A stretch of DNA of 7,136 bases. It comes from Candidatus Odinarchaeia archaeon. Its GTDB lineage: Archaea; Asgardarchaeota; Odinarchaeia; Odinarchaeales; Odinarchaeaceae. A model generated the notes under the pieces. It was given only the letters and a program-made list of their open reading frames with translations. It was not told where the DNA came from and searched no databases. Made by a program: the position numbers and the translations under genes. Below are positions 6,031-7,136 of this stretch, piece after piece; the stretch's first letter is position 1; every line of letters starts with the position of its first letter. The stretch covers positions 1 to 7,136 of the forward strand of contig JAHQXC010000067.1 in the NCBI GenBank assembly GCA_029856525.1. The letters run 5' to 3'.

Positions 6031-7136
6031 ATGGCTTTAGAAAAGGAGACTCTTTCTAAACTACTAGTTGATACATTGAACTTATCTGAACTTGAAGCTA
6101 AGGTATATTCCACTCTCCTCCTTTTAGGCCAGTTAACTGTAAGCGAGATAGCTGTGTATTCTGAATTGGATATAACTCAAATACAAAAGATTCTTGATAA
6201 GTTAATTGGAAACACTCTCGTCAAAGAAATACCTGGGATAATTCCACGCTACCAAGCTAACCCCCCTTATAAGCCTCTAATGGTTTACCTTGAAAAATTT
6301 AATGAGATAATTAAGGAAACTGATGCGAGTATCTCAGATTCTATTAAAAAATCTCTTAAAGAATATAAAAATCAATTAGCTGCCTGGAAGGCGAAAATAA
6401 ATCAGGCTGTTGATAAAGAAGTAAGCACGGTCACCTCTTCACTATCTAATTTTACCGGTGAGGCGACCGTTACTCTAACGGAAAGTTTAGAGAATATTAA
6501 AGCCACACTGGATGAGAGAGTGAGTAAAGTCTTCTCTGAAGCAGATTCACTAGTCTCTAGTATTATAGAAGATTTACTTCAAAAATTAAATCAGAATTTA
6601 ATCCAAATACAAGAAGATATCAATACACAGAAGACTAAGCTTTTAAAATTAATAGAGGAAAACAGTGAATCTATTAAAAATCAGAGCACCCTACTAAAAA
6701 GCAAACACATTGAAGTTCTAAAAGAATCTAAACAAAATTTCATCAACGCTATAAATAAAAATTATTCAGCGATCAAAGAATTACTGAAAGATCAATTAGA
6801 AGCTTTGACAAAAATTCTAGAAGATTTGAGAACAGCAACCGCTGATAATCTCGTAAACACCGTTAACTCTATAAGCGGGTTATTAGATGAAGCTGGCTCG
6901 AGAATAAAAACTTCTCTCACATCTTTCAAAGAGCAAGCTTCAAGTCAACTATTAAAATTTAATGAAGATTTTAACAGTGTATTAGATGAATCTGAGAAAA
7001 TACTAGCCGACTCCATACATTCAGCTAGCCAAGATATTACTTTAACAATTGAAACAATAAAATCTGATATAAAACAAACGCTAGAATCATTAAACACGTA
7101 TATTTTAAATTCTCTAAATGAACTTTCAAATAATAA
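6031..7136 (+). CDS. TrmB-type winged-helix protein with long hendecad coiled coil (3'-partial, at least 368 aa)
   Basis: Open from ATG 6031 to the window edge. LNLSELEAKVYSTLLLLGQLTVSEIA...LVKEIPGIIPRYQANPP matches the TrmB N-terminal wHTH pattern (LS.YEAKVY..LL..G..T.SEIA...Y.A.PP). The remainder is helical and amphipathic. Confidence 0.88.
   Translation, partial: MALEKETLSKLLVDTLNLSELEAKVYSTLLLLGQLTVSEIAVYSELDITQIQKILDKLIGNTLVKEIPGIIPRYQANPPYKPLMVYLEKFNEIIKETDASISDSIKKSLKEYKNQLAAWKAKINQAVDKEVSTVTSSLSNFTGEATVTLTESLENIKATLDERVSKVFSEADSLVSSIIEDLLQKLNQNLIQIQEDINTQKTKLLKLIEENSESIKNQSTLLKSKHIEVLKESKQNFINAINKNYSAIKELLKDQLEALTKILEDLRTATADNLVNTVNSISGLLDEAGSRIKTSLTSFKEQASSQLLKFNEDFNSVLDESEKILADSIHSASQDITLTIETIKSDIKQTLESLNTYILNSLNELSNN
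6277..7134 (+). repeat. 26 consecutive 11-aa (33-bp) degenerate protein repeats
   Basis: Residues 83-368 divide exactly into 26 x 11 with mostly hydrophobic residues at positions 1, 5 and 8, e.g. LTESLENIKAT / LDERVSKVFSE ... ITLTIETIKSD / IKQTLESLNTY / ILNSLNELSNN. Confidence 0.8.

Noticed and set aside
1-7136. tRNA, rRNA, CRISPR array or His-codon attenuator
   Set aside because: No cloverleaf, rRNA-like segment or regularly spaced DNA repeats were seen, and the operon's 5' leader is outside the window.

Overview
AT-rich archaeal window with all genes on the + strand. Bases 1-4872 are the distal part of a histidine biosynthesis operon: the end of an upstream gene, hisB, hisH, hisA, a PurP-family ATP-grasp gene placed between hisA and hisF, hisF, a ~410-bp decayed IS200/IS605 (tnpB) remnant, and hisI. 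hisH begins at ~702 with an apparent CTG start, not at 864 as in the ORF track. After the operon come a 316-aa unknown protein with a five-Cys cluster and a gene missing from the ORF track (6031 to the window edge). That gene encodes a TrmB-type winged helix fused to at least 26 in-register 11-residue (hendecad) coiled-coil repeats. The archaeal origin is well supported by PurP, stand-alone HisB and HisI, GGTG/GGAG ribosome-binding sites and TATA boxes. An Asgard or TACK origin is only my guess.
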